The notes under the pieces were generated by a model that saw nothing but the letters and a program-made list of their open reading frames with translations, was not told the DNA's origin and did not search any database. The position numbers and the translations under genes are program-made. A DNA stretch of 32,000 bases from Halorhodospira halophila SL1 (lineage in GTDB: Bacteria > Pseudomonadota > Gammaproteobacteria > Nitrococcales > Halorhodospiraceae). Below, piece by piece: positions 17,096-25,512 of the stretch. The stretch is from the NCBI RefSeq assembly GCF_000015585.1, contig NC_008789.1, positions 570,001 through 602,000 on the forward strand. The letters are read 5' to 3'. How positions within the stretch are numbered: the first letter of the stretch is position 1; each line of letters starts with the position of its first letter.

Positions 17096-17782
17096 TCAGT
17101 AGCGCCTCATCAGGAAACGCGTCAGCCACCCTGGCTGCGCCGAGTCACTGAGCGCCTCCTCGCCGGTGTAGCCGACCTGCATGTTCGCCACCCGATTGGA
17201 CGAGACCTCGTTGTTCGCCCCCACATCGTCAGTCCGCACGATCCCGGAGATCCGCAACGTCTCCTGACCCTGGCTCACCCGCACGTTCTTCTCGCCGCGT
17301 ATGACCAAATGGCCATTGGGGGTGGTGTCCACCACCACGGCATTGATGGTCCCGGTGAGATTGGTCTCTTGGTCCGCGCTGCCACCGCCCTCGAAACTCG
17401 CCTCACCCTCCTGTTCGAAGGCGAAGGGGCGGCCGAAGATCTCCAGGTCCTCGCCGCCGATCTGCGGCGCGGGCATGTCCGCCTCCTGCTGGCGCGCCAT
17501 CTCCGAATTGATCGAGCGATCACCGGCGATCTCTTCCTCGATGACCACCGTGATCAGATCACCAGTGCGTCGCGCGCTGCGGTCCTCGAAGAGGCGCATG
17601 CTGCGCTCCTCGTCGAAGACCGAGCCGGTGCGCTCGTCCGGGTCGTCGGGGACATCGACCCGCGGCGCCGTGATCGGCGACGGCTCCGGCGCCTCTTGCG
17701 GCAACGGCGTACACGCCGCCGCTGCCACCCCGGCCACCAGGGCCGCGGCGCAACCGCGTATCAGCCGAGGCCGTGCGCCCAT
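17096..17782 (-). CDS. flgH: Flagellar L-ring lipoprotein FlgH
   Basis: The lipoprotein signal is MGARPRLIRGCAAALVAGVAAAAC. FlgH core sequence is present (GSVFDE...LFEDRSARRTGDLITVVI ... NLTGTINAVVVDTTPNGHLVIRGEKNVRVSQGQETLRISGIVR). The ATG at 17782 is 10 nt after the flgG stop. Confidence 0.9.
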   Translation of the reverse strand: MGARPRLIRGCAAALVAGVAAAACTPLPQEAPEPSPITAPRVDVPDDPDERTGSVFDEERSMRLFEDRSARRTGDLITVVIEEEIAGDRSINSEMARQQEADMPAPQIGGEDLEIFGRPFAFEQEGEASFEGGGSADQETNLTGTINAVVVDTTPNGHLVIRGEKNVRVSQGQETLRISGIVRTDDVGANNEVSSNRVANMQVGYTGEEALSDSAQPGWLTRFLMRRY

Positions 17783-17792
17783 CTCGGTCCCC

Positions 17793-18578
17793 TTAGACGT
17801 TCTGGTTGAGGAACTGCAGCATCTCGTCGGTGGTCGAGATGGCCCGGGTGTTGGTCTCAAAGCCGCGCTGGTTCTCGATCATGTTCACCAGCTCTTCGGC
17901 GATGTTCACGTTGGAGGTCTCCAGGGCCCCCTGCATGACATTGCCCAGCGCCCCTTCCCCGGGGGCGCCGACCTCGGGAGCACCGCTCGCAGCGGTCTCG
18001 AGGAACATGTTCTCGCCCACCGGCTCCAGCCCGGAGGGGTTGATGAAGTCGGCCAGCTCGATCTGACCGATCTCTTCGGGCTCCTCGTCGCCGGGGATCT
18101 TGGCGCTGACCGTGCCGTCGCTGCCGATGCTGATGGTCTCGGCCTCTTCGGGGACCTGGATGCCCGGCTCGAGCAGGTAGCCACCGGAGGTGACGATCTC
18201 GCCATTCTCGTTGAGCTGCAGGGCGCCGTCCCGGGTGTAGCCCACCTGGCCGTCGGGGCGAAGGACCTGCAGGAAGCCCTTGCCCTCGATGGCCACGTCG
18301 AGGCTGCGCTCGGTCTGCTGCACATTGCCCTGGGAGTGGATCTTCTCGGTGCCCATGACCCGCGAGCCGGTGCCGAGCATCAGCCCCGAGGGCAGCAGGT
18401 TGTCCTGGCTGGCGCGGGAGCCGGGCTGCCGGACGGTCTGGTAGAACAGATCCTCGAAGTTGGCCCGGTCCTTCTTGAAGCCGTTGGTGTTGACGTTGGC
18501 CAGGTTGTTCGACGTCACCTGCATGCTCTTCTGCTGGGCGTCGAGTCCGGTCTTGGCTACCCAGAGCGCGGGATCCAT
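17793..18578 (-). CDS. flgG: Flagellar distal rod protein FlgG
   Basis: The sequence is highly conserved: MDPALWVAKTGLDAQQKSMQVTSNNLANVNTNGFKK at the N-terminus and QGALETSNVNIAEELVNMIENQRGFETNTRAISTTDEMLQ at the C-terminus. Confidence 0.95.
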   Translation of the reverse strand: MDPALWVAKTGLDAQQKSMQVTSNNLANVNTNGFKKDRANFEDLFYQTVRQPGSRASQDNLLPSGLMLGTGSRVMGTEKIHSQGNVQQTERSLDVAIEGKGFLQVLRPDGQVGYTRDGALQLNENGEIVTSGGYLLEPGIQVPEEAETISIGSDGTVSAKIPGDEEPEEIGQIELADFINPSGLEPVGENMFLETAASGAPEVGAPGEGALGNVMQGALETSNVNIAEELVNMIENQRGFETNTRAISTTDEMLQFLNQNV

Positions 18579-18631
18579 GGCGTCACCTCATTGTTGTTCG
18601 GTTATCGCGGTGCCGGACGGAGCGTGCCGCC

Positions 18632-19372
18632 TCAGCCCGGGTGGTTGAGGAGCTGGGCGCTGGTCTGCTCGTTCTCCTCGGCCGCGGTGAGCATCTTGAT
18701 GTGGGTCTCGAACTGCCGCGCATGGTCGATCATGTTCACCAGCGACTCGGCCATGTTCACGTTGCTGCCCTCCAGCGCGCCGCCGCGGACCCTCACCTGG
18801 GCGTCGTCGGCGGCCGGCTCGCCCTCGGCGTGGCGGATCAGTCCATCCTCGCCCTTGACCAGCTGCGTCGGGTCCGGATTGACCAGGCGCAGCCGGTCAA
18901 GCTCGATGGGCGCCCCGGCGCCACCCTGGGGGGTGGCCGTGATCACCCCGTCGTCGGCGATGTCCACCTTGGTATCCGGCGGGATGGAGATCGGCCCCGC
19001 CTCCCCCATGACCATGTGGCCATCGCCGGTGGTCAGCAGCCCCTCGGGGGTAGTCTGGAAGTCGCCGCGCCGCGTGTACGCCTCGTCCCCGTCCGGGGCC
19101 TGGACCACGAACCAGCCCTCATCCTGGATGGCCACGTCGAGATCGCGCCCGGTGGTCTCGATCGGCCCCGGGTTGAAGTCGGTCCCGGCCCGCAGCTCCT
19201 CGGCGTAGGCGCGCGTCGCGAAGCCGGGCCCGTAGACCGGCGCCTGGTAGAAGCTGTCCAGATCGGCACGGAACCCGGGGGTGCTGGCGTTGGCCAGGTT
19301 CTGGTTGTTGTGATGCTGCGCCTCCAGGGAGTGCTTCGCCCCGGTCATGGCCACATACAGTTGACGATCCAT
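18632..19372 (-). CDS. flgF: Flagellar proximal rod protein FlgF
   Basis: The rod-family termini are present: MDRQLYVAMTGAKHSLEAQHHNNQNLANASTPGFRAD and GALEGSNVNMAESLVNMIDHARQFETHIKML. Confidence 0.9.
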   Translation of the reverse strand: MDRQLYVAMTGAKHSLEAQHHNNQNLANASTPGFRADLDSFYQAPVYGPGFATRAYAEELRAGTDFNPGPIETTGRDLDVAIQDEGWFVVQAPDGDEAYTRRGDFQTTPEGLLTTGDGHMVMGEAGPISIPPDTKVDIADDGVITATPQGGAGAPIELDRLRLVNPDPTQLVKGEDGLIRHAEGEPAADDAQVRVRGGALEGSNVNMAESLVNMIDHARQFETHIKMLTAAEENEQTSAQLLNHPG

Positions 19373-19418
19373 ACGCCCTGCCCCGTTCTACCCCGCATCA
19401 GCGGGAGGAAGACCCGCC

Positions 19419-20675
19419 TTAGCGGATGTTGAGGATCTCCTGGGTCACCTGGTCCTGGGTGCTGACCATCTGCGCATTGGCGGAGAAGTTGCGCTGCGCG
19501 GTGATCATGTTCACCAGCTGATCGGAGACCTCCACGTTGGACTGCTCCAGGGCGCCATTCTCCACCCGACCGAACTGCCCCTGGCCGGGGACACCGATCA
19601 GCGGATCGCCGGCGTCGCGGGTGGCCTGCCAGGAGGTCTCACCGACGGACTGGAGCTTCTCCTCCGACGGGAAGCTGGTCAGCGCCACCTGACCCACGGC
19701 CTGGGCCTCGCCGTTGCTGTAACGGGCCAGGATGGTGCCGTCGCCCTCGACGTTGATGTTCTCGAACTCCCCGGCGGCGTAGCCGTCCTGGGAGACGTTG
19801 GTGACGTTGAACGGCCGGGCGAACTGGGTCATCTCACCGAAGTCGATGTCGAGGTCCAGGTCGTCCACCTCGGCGAGCAGCGGGACATCCTCGAGGCTGG
19901 CGATCCGCCCTTCGTCATCGCCCTCGGCATCGACCAGGGACCCGGAGGTATCAAAGGAGAGCCGGTGCGGGCCGAAGTAGTCGCCCTCGGTATCGGCCTG
20001 CTCGTAGTCCACCCCGTCGACCTGGGTGTAGACGTCCCACTCGTTATTGCCGACCTTGCGGAAGTAGAAGGTCGCATCCCGGGCCGATCCCTGGGAGTCG
20101 TAGAGCGTGGTCGTTGTGGACTCAGTGAAGGTCTCGTTGTCGTCCGGATCGAAGGCCACCCCCTCGTCGATCACGTCGGCGTCCGCGCTGAGATTGGCCG
20201 CAATCTCGACGTTCTCGCTAGCCCGGGCCGGAATGCCGTCGGTGGGTAGCTGGAGCTGGTCGCGACCATCGCCGATGCGACTGCCGTCCTCGTCGGTCTG
20301 GAAACCGGTCAGGCGCTTACCGGTGTTGTTGACGATGTAGCCGTCACGGTCCACCTCGAACTGACCGGCCCGGGTGTAGCTCACCTCGCCATCGTCCTCC
20401 ATGCGGAAGAAGCCGCGCCCCTCGATGCCCAGGTCGAGACTGCGCTCCGTGAAGTCGAAGGACCCCTGGCTGAACATCTGGCCGACATTGGCCAGCCGCG
20501 AGCCCTGTCCGACAGCCAGCTGCGGGATACCCATCGGCCCCATGGCGAAGAGGTCATTGAACTCGGCCCGGGACTCCTTGAAGCCCGTCGTACCGGCGTT
20601 GGCCAGGTTGTTACTGGTGGTCTCCAGATCCTTGGAGGCGGAGTTGATCCCGGTAAGCGAGATGTTGAATGACAT
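19419..20675 (-). CDS. flgE: Flagellar hook protein FlgE
   Basis: The termini are MSFNISLTGINSASKDLETTSNNLANAGTTGFKESRAEF and GALEQSNVEVSDQLVNMITAQRNFSANAQMVSTQDQV. The ATG is preceded by GAGGAG. Confidence 0.9.
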   Translation of the reverse strand: MSFNISLTGINSASKDLETTSNNLANAGTTGFKESRAEFNDLFAMGPMGIPQLAVGQGSRLANVGQMFSQGSFDFTERSLDLGIEGRGFFRMEDDGEVSYTRAGQFEVDRDGYIVNNTGKRLTGFQTDEDGSRIGDGRDQLQLPTDGIPARASENVEIAANLSADADVIDEGVAFDPDDNETFTESTTTTLYDSQGSARDATFYFRKVGNNEWDVYTQVDGVDYEQADTEGDYFGPHRLSFDTSGSLVDAEGDDEGRIASLEDVPLLAEVDDLDLDIDFGEMTQFARPFNVTNVSQDGYAAGEFENINVEGDGTILARYSNGEAQAVGQVALTSFPSEEKLQSVGETSWQATRDAGDPLIGVPGQGQFGRVENGALEQSNVEVSDQLVNMITAQRNFSANAQMVSTQDQVTQEILNIR

Positions 20676-20711
20676 GGCTAATCTCCTCGATCCCCGCTGC
20701 TCTTGTTCGTC

Positions 20712-21593
20712 TTATCGGATGCGCTTGACGTCGGACAGCGACATCTCGCCCAGACCGGCCACGCTCAGCTCCGGCGGCCGGCCATCCATCCCCACCGAGA
20801 CGCTGGTCACTGGCGCACCGACGAGGGTAGGCACCGGCTCGCGCTCATCACCGTCTTCGACGTAGGCGTTGACCTGGTACGTCCCCTGCGGCAGGCGCTG
20901 ACCGTCGTTATTGGTCCCATCCCAGGCGAAGGGGTGCTCGCCCTCTTCCATCTCGCCGAGCTGCTCGCGATGGACCCGCTCTCCGGCCGCGTTCTCAATC
21001 TCCACGGTGAGGTTCGGCGCCGAGCGCTCGAGTTGCAGCAGCGCCTCCATCTCGCCGTCCTCGGGCAGGTAGGCCTGGCGGCTCTCAGTCACCACCTCGC
21101 GACCAACCAGCTGCGAGGCACGCAGGGACTGATCCGAGCGCATGTGCTCGAAGAATTCCCGGAAGTCCGACTGCAGCTGCTCGATCCCCGAGGCCGTCGT
21201 GAATTGGGCGATCTGCCCCATCATCTGCTCGGTGTCCTGGGGATCGGTCGGGTCCTGGTTCTGGAGCTGGACCATCATCAGCTCGAGGAAGTCCTCGTGC
21301 CCGATGCTCTGCGGATCCCCCTCGTCCTTGTCCTCGGGGATGCTGCGCAGATCCTCGGGTAATGCCTCGTAGCCGGACTTGGCGGCAGACTCGGCCCGGT
21401 CGCCGCCCGACAACCCGCCCGAGAGACCGCTGCCAACGGGCTTCTCGGCCGCCTTCTGGGCCGCCTGGACGCCTTCCGCGGGCCCGCCACCCCCCTGTTT
21501 GCCTGCCGCGCCGCTGTCACCGGCGCTCGGCGGTTTGGGGGCCTTCTGGCCGCCACCGGCGGCCCCGCCCATCAGTTGACTCGGATCGAGCAT
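20712..21593 (-). CDS. flgD: Flagellar hook-capping protein FlgD, with an extended Gly/Ala/Lys-rich N-terminus
   Basis: The conserved FLELMMVQLQNQDPTDP motif begins only at about residue 102. The C-terminal FlgD fold region follows (AYLPEDGEME...VEIENAAGERVH...HPFAWDGTNNDGQRLPQGTYQV). The ATG is preceded by GGGAGGAG. Confidence 0.85.
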   Translation of the reverse strand: MLDPSQLMGGAAGGGQKAPKPPSAGDSGAAGKQGGGGPAEGVQAAQKAAEKPVGSGLSGGLSGGDRAESAAKSGYEALPEDLRSIPEDKDEGDPQSIGHEDFLELMMVQLQNQDPTDPQDTEQMMGQIAQFTTASGIEQLQSDFREFFEHMRSDQSLRASQLVGREVVTESRQAYLPEDGEMEALLQLERSAPNLTVEIENAAGERVHREQLGEMEEGEHPFAWDGTNNDGQRLPQGTYQVNAYVEDGDEREPVPTLVGAPVTSVSVGMDGRPPELSVAGLGEMSLSDVKRIR

Positions 21594-21610
21594 CGTCGCT
21601 CCTCCCGGTA

Positions 21611-22180
21611 TCAGCGGCCGAGCCGCAGGGTCTCGAGCATGAGATCCCGCGAGGTATTCATGACTTCGACGTTGTTCTGGAACGACCGCGAGGCCGAGAT
21701 CATGTTGGTCATCTCCTCGACGGTATTGACGTTGGAGCGGTAGACGTAGCCGTCGTCATCCGCCTGGGGATGGTGCGGTTGGTAGAGCGGCTCGATCTCG
21801 GCATCGCTCTCCACCACCCCCGGCATGAACACCGGCACGCTGGGCGACGGACTGGCGTAAGGGTCGCCGGCCGACGGCACACCGGCGGGCTCGCCGCCAA
21901 AGAACTGACGCTGGAAGCTCACCGGGCTGATCCGGTCCACGGGGCCACCGGACTCGGCCCAGGTCGGCGTATGCGCCGGCTGCGGACCGCCCCCCTGGGG
22001 ATAGCCGCCCTGGGCCTGATGCAGGGCCGCAGCGAACACCGGCTGCCGGGCGCGGTACGCCTCCTCGGGGCTGGAAGCCACGGTCTCGGCGTTGGCGAGG
22101 TTGCTGGCCACGGTATTGAGCCGCAGCTGCTGGGCGTTCATCCCGGTCCCGGCGACGTCGATGGCGTTCATCAAGGACAT
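21611..22180 (-). CDS. flgC: Flagellar proximal rod protein FlgC, carrying an in-frame Pro/Gly-rich insertion of about 55 aa
   Basis: The FlgC N-terminus (MSLMNAIDVAGTGMNAQQLRLNTVASNLANAET...YRARQPVF) and C-terminus (GYVYRSNVNTVEEMTNMISASRSFQNNVEVMNTSRDLMLETLRLG) are in one frame. The protein is 189 aa, against about 135-140 aa for typical FlgC. Confidence 0.85.
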   Translation of the reverse strand: MSLMNAIDVAGTGMNAQQLRLNTVASNLANAETVASSPEEAYRARQPVFAAALHQAQGGYPQGGGPQPAHTPTWAESGGPVDRISPVSFQRQFFGGEPAGVPSAGDPYASPSPSVPVFMPGVVESDAEIEPLYQPHHPQADDDGYVYRSNVNTVEEMTNMISASRSFQNNVEVMNTSRDLMLETLRLGR

Positions 22181-22186
22181 ATCGGA

Positions 22187-22594
22187 TTACTCCCCTCGGA
22201 TCGCGCCGGTGAGCTTCTGGATCCGGCCGTTGAGAAAGTCCACGGCGGCCTGGTAGTTCACCGCGTTCTCGGCAAACTTGGCCTGCTCGACGTGCATCTC
22301 GACGGTGTTGCCGTCGAGGGAGGCGGCGTGGGGCTCCCGGTATAAAGATTTCGGATCACCCGCCGCCATGGAGGATGAAGGCGGCGGCTGAACGTGCTGC
22401 GGGCTCGTCGCCTGAAGCGGTTGGGGCTGGGGCTCGCTGGCCTGGCGCATGGCCTCGCGAAAGTCCATGTCCCGCGCCTTGTAGCCGGGCGTGTCCGCAT
22501 TGGCGATGTTGGAGGCGAGCAGCTCGTTGCGCTCGCCGCGCAGTCGCATGGCCTGCTCGGGTACCGAGAAGGCCTGATCGAAGCCGATCCGCAT
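22187..22594 (-). CDS. flgB: Flagellar proximal rod protein FlgB
   Basis: The N-terminus contains ELLASNIANADTPGYKARDMDF and the C-terminus contains GNTVEMHVEQAKFAENAVNYQAAVDFLNGRIQKL. It is the first gene of the flgBCDE... block. Confidence 0.9.
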   Translation of the reverse strand: MRIGFDQAFSVPEQAMRLRGERNELLASNIANADTPGYKARDMDFREAMRQASEPQPQPLQATSPQHVQPPPSSSMAAGDPKSLYREPHAASLDGNTVEMHVEQAKFAENAVNYQAAVDFLNGRIQKLTGAIRGE

Positions 22595-22633
22595 GGTGGC
22601 GGGCTCCCGTGTTGTTCGTCCACGGGATTTCTA

Positions 22634-22649
22634 TGCAGTTCGCGTGCCA
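22634..22649 (-). promoter_or_regulatory. Sigma-54 promoter of the flgB operon: TGGCAC-GCGAA-CTGCA
   Basis: The minus strand reads TGGCACGCGAACTGCA, with the canonical GG-N10-GC spacing. The consensus is TGGCAC-N5-TTGCA. It lies about 40 nt upstream of the flgB ATG. Confidence 0.75.
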
Positions 22650-22679
22650 GACGCACGGGGGTTACAGATCAACGACTAA

Positions 22680-22728
22680 GGCGGAACACGGCGGCAATAG
22701 GCGGCACACCTTTGCCGCCCGGCGGCAG
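22680..22728. promoter_or_regulatory. Phased GGCGGNAN repeats and the inverted repeat GGCGGCA-CACCTT-TGCCGCC upstream of the flgB sigma-54 promoter; candidate enhancer (UAS)
   Basis: On the plus strand the copies are GGCGGAAC at 22680, GGCGGCAA at 22690, GGCGGCAC at 22700 and GGCGGCAG at 22721, with inverted TGCCGCC at 22713-22719. The first three are exactly 10 nt apart. They lie 30-80 nt upstream of the -24 element, inside the 144-nt cheR-flgB gap. Confidence 0.5.
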
Positions 22729-22738
22729 GATGCCTCCG

Positions 22739-23566
22739 TCAGCCGCGCCGCCGGTAGATCACCCCGCCGTCGAGACGGACGAGTTCGAACTCATCGGAGT
22801 GACGGGCGAGGGACTCTGAGGCACCGACAATCAGATACCCGCCAGGTCGCGTCACCCCGGCGATCCGCTGGACGATATCCCGCCGCGACTCCCACCCAAA
22901 GTAGATCAGCACGTTACGGCAGTAAACGATATCGAAACGCCCCAGGCCGGCGTAGCTCTCCAGCAGGTTATGGACGCGGAAACTGGTCCGCCGACGGACG
23001 GCCGGTTTGACCTCCCAGGCGTTCTCCCCCACGGCATCGAAGAACCGCTTTTGACGCTCGGGCGCCAGCCCCCGGCGCGCCACATTGGCGGTATACCGCC
23101 CACGGCGGGCTTCCTCAACCATGCCGGCGGAGATGTCGGTCCCGACAATCTCCGCCTCCATGCGGCCACCACCATCGTTGTACTCGTCCACGGTCATGCT
23201 GATTGAATAAGCCTCCTGGCCCGACGAGCAGGCGGCGGACCAGATGCGCACCGGCCAGACGCGGCGGCGCTCCATCTCGGGGAGCAGGTGTTTGCGCAGC
23301 ACGTCAAAGGGGAAGCTGTCGCGGAACCACTGGGTCTCGTTGGTGGTCATCGCCTCGATCACCCGGCCCTTGAGATCCGCCGTGGGCCGCTGCTCCAGGC
23401 GCTGGACCAGGGTGGCCAGATCCGGGATGCCTTCGGCCTCAAGCAGCGGCCCGAGCCGGCTGGCGACCAAGTACTGCTTGCTCGGGCCAAGCACGATGCC
23501 GCAGGCGCGCTCCAGAAACCGCGCAAACGCCTGGTACTCCTCCTCACCGATGGAAAGCGCGGCCAA
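22739..23566 (-). CDS. cheR: Chemotaxis protein methyltransferase CheR
   Basis: The CheR N-terminal helical domain and the SAM-dependent methyltransferase domain are present (VRIWSAACSSGQEAYSISM...FDIVYCRNVLIYF). The start is TTG, preceded by AGGAGG at 5-nt spacing. Confidence 0.9.
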   Translation of the reverse strand: MAALSIGEEEYQAFARFLERACGIVLGPSKQYLVASRLGPLLEAEGIPDLATLVQRLEQRPTADLKGRVIEAMTTNETQWFRDSFPFDVLRKHLLPEMERRRVWPVRIWSAACSSGQEAYSISMTVDEYNDGGGRMEAEIVGTDISAGMVEEARRGRYTANVARRGLAPERQKRFFDAVGENAWEVKPAVRRRTSFRVHNLLESYAGLGRFDIVYCRNVLIYFGWESRRDIVQRIAGVTRPGGYLIVGASESLARHSDEFELVRLDGGVIYRRRG

Positions 23567-23584
23567 ACCGTCCTCCTTTCATGC

Positions 23585-24520
23585 TCACCCACCTCGCTCG
23601 GCCAGCCGGGCGCCGACCCGCTCGGCCAGCTCCTGGGAGTGGAACTTGGCCAGGAACTCGTCGGCTCCCACCCGGCGCACCATCTCGGTGTTGAACACAC
23701 CGCTGAGCGAGGAGTGGAGCAAGACGTGAACCCCGGAAAGCCCCGGATCCTGCCGGATGGAGCGCGTCAGGGTATAGCCGTCGAGCACCGGCATCTCGAT
23801 ATCGGAGACCACCATCAGCAGATCGCGGAGCCCCGAGGGGTCCTGGTCCTTCCAGGCGCGCAGCTGCTCCAGCGCTTCGCGCCCGTTGTTCTTGGTGACT
23901 ACGCGCACGCCGATCTCCTCGAGGGTGCGTTTGATCTGCCCCCGAGCCACCGCCGAGTCGTCCACCACCAGGACCTTGTAAGCCTCAGACCCCTCGGCAC
24001 GATCCACACCGCCGCCCTCGGTGACCTCGGGATCGGCGCCGCCGGCGCGCTGGACCTCGGCCAGGACCTTCTCGACGTCGACGATCTGGATCATTTGTCC
24101 ATCGTAGCGCGCCACGGCGGTCAGGTAGCTGCCGGCGCTGCCGCCACTCGGCGGCGGAAGGACATCCTGCCAGTTGATGTTGACGATCCGGTCCACACCG
24201 CCGACCAGGAACCCCTGGACCTGACGGTTGTACTCGGTGACGATGATGTAGTTGCCCTCTTCCTTGGTGACGGGACCGTTACCAGTGGCGTAGCTAAGGT
24301 CCAGAACCGAGAGCGTGTGGCCGCGGATGTAGGCGATGCCGCAGGAGGCCGGATGGGCGTGGGGCACGTAGCTCAGCTCCGGCGCGGGAATGACCTCGCG
24401 GACCTTGAACACGTTGATCCCGTAGCGCTGCCGCCCCTCGAAGCGGAAGAGCAGCAACTCCATGCGGTTATGGCCGGCCAGCTGGGTCCGCTGGTCGACG
24501 GAGCTCATGATTCCGGCCAT
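23585..24520 (-). CDS. cheV: Chemotaxis coupling protein CheV (CheW-like domain fused to a receiver domain)
   Basis: The CheW-like domain reads MELLLFRFEGRQRYGINVFKVREVI...IQIVDVEKVL. The receiver domain reads KVLVVDDSAVAR...LLMVVSDIEMPVLDGYTL...LHSSLSG. I take the ATG at 24520, preceded by AAGGAG. The 160 upstream codons in the track ORF are Arg/Ser/Pro junk and overlap flgA. Confidence 0.9.
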   Translation of the reverse strand: MAGIMSSVDQRTQLAGHNRMELLLFRFEGRQRYGINVFKVREVIPAPELSYVPHAHPASCGIAYIRGHTLSVLDLSYATGNGPVTKEEGNYIIVTEYNRQVQGFLVGGVDRIVNINWQDVLPPPSGGSAGSYLTAVARYDGQMIQIVDVEKVLAEVQRAGGADPEVTEGGGVDRAEGSEAYKVLVVDDSAVARGQIKRTLEEIGVRVVTKNNGREALEQLRAWKDQDPSGLRDLLMVVSDIEMPVLDGYTLTRSIRQDPGLSGVHVLLHSSLSGVFNTEMVRRVGADEFLAKFHSQELAERVGARLAERGG

Positions 24521-24621
24521 CACTGACAGCTCCTTACTCGGCGTGCGCCTCGGGGGAGGACCCCCCGTCCACTCGCGCCATGTTAATCCGGCAGCCGGAT
24601 GAGGGAAAGCCGGCACCGCTG

Positions 24622-24637
24622 CGGCATGCCCTTTGCA
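24622..24637 (+). promoter_or_regulatory. Sigma-54-type promoter upstream of flgA: cGGCAT-GCCCT-TTGCA
   Basis: On the plus strand GG is at 24623-24624 and GC at 24635-24636, which is the correct GG-N10-GC spacing, and the -12 element TTGCA is perfect. It lies in the divergent cheV/flgA intergenic region. Confidence 0.6.
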
Positions 24638-24662
24638 TTCTTGTGCGGGGACCGCGAATCGA

Positions 24663-25451
24663 ATGGAGGTTGCACCCGAGACGATGAACCAACCCGCCGG
24701 CACCGCCCACGCCCGCCGTCCCCGGGGCGGCGTGCCACCGTCGCCCGGCTGGCGCCTCGGCGTCGTATTGTTGGCGCTGTCGCTGTGGACGCCGGCGGCG
24801 ACAGTGGAGGCCAACACCCAGTCGCCGGATGCGATCCGCGAGGCGGCGGAGTCGTTCCTGCGGGAGGAACTGATCGGGGAGTACGACGAGGTGGCGGTCG
24901 AAGCGCGCGGGGTGGACCAGCGACTGAATCTGCGCGCCTGTGACGAGGGCGACCTGGAGGCGTTTATCCCTCGCGGCCGCAGCCCCCAGCAGACGAGCAC
25001 CGTCGGCGTGAGCTGCGGCGGCGAGGCACCGTGGACGGTCTACGTGCGCATGGAGACCACCCTGAAGACCGAGATGGTAGTGGCCACGCGCAACCTGCGG
25101 CGGGGGCAGCGGGTGTCGGCGGGGGATCTGCGCACCGCCACGCGGGATGCACGGCGGATCCGCGGCGAGTTCTACCGCGACCCGGCGCCACTCATCGGCC
25201 AGGCGGTGCGGCGTAGTTTGCGCGAGGGGGCGGCGATCACCGGCAACCATGTTCAGCCCCCGCGCCTGGTCGAGCGCAACGATCGGGTGACCATCACGGC
25301 CGGCAACGGCGGCGCCATTCAGATCAGCAGCCGAGGTCGCGCGCTAGAGCACGGGCAGGAGGGCGAGCGGATCCGGGTGGAGAACCTGGACTCCGGACGG
25401 GAGATCCAGGCACGCGTGGTCGGCGAGGGGCAGGTCCGGGTCGGCGATTAG
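24663..25451 (+). CDS. flgA: Flagellar P-ring assembly chaperone FlgA
   Basis: A signal peptide (RLGVVLLALSLWTPAATVEA) is followed by the FlgA/SAF region (RNLRRGQRVSAGDL...VRRSLREGAAITGNHVQPPRLVERNDRVTI...GQEGERIRVENLDSGREIQARVVGEGQVRV). The start is either ATG 24663 or ATG 24684. The track's TTG at 24633 lies inside the predicted sigma-54 promoter. Confidence 0.85.
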   Translation: MEVAPETMNQPAGTAHARRPRGGVPPSPGWRLGVVLLALSLWTPAATVEANTQSPDAIREAAESFLREELIGEYDEVAVEARGVDQRLNLRACDEGDLEAFIPRGRSPQQTSTVGVSCGGEAPWTVYVRMETTLKTEMVVATRNLRRGQRVSAGDLRTATRDARRIRGEFYRDPAPLIGQAVRRSLREGAAITGNHVQPPRLVERNDRVTITAGNGGAIQISSRGRALEHGQEGERIRVENLDSGREIQARVVGEGQVRVGD

Positions 25452-25512
25452 ACCGCATACGCAAGGAGTTGCTGTTGGCGACGTCCTGGGCCAAAGTGTC
25501 GGCAGCGAGGAC

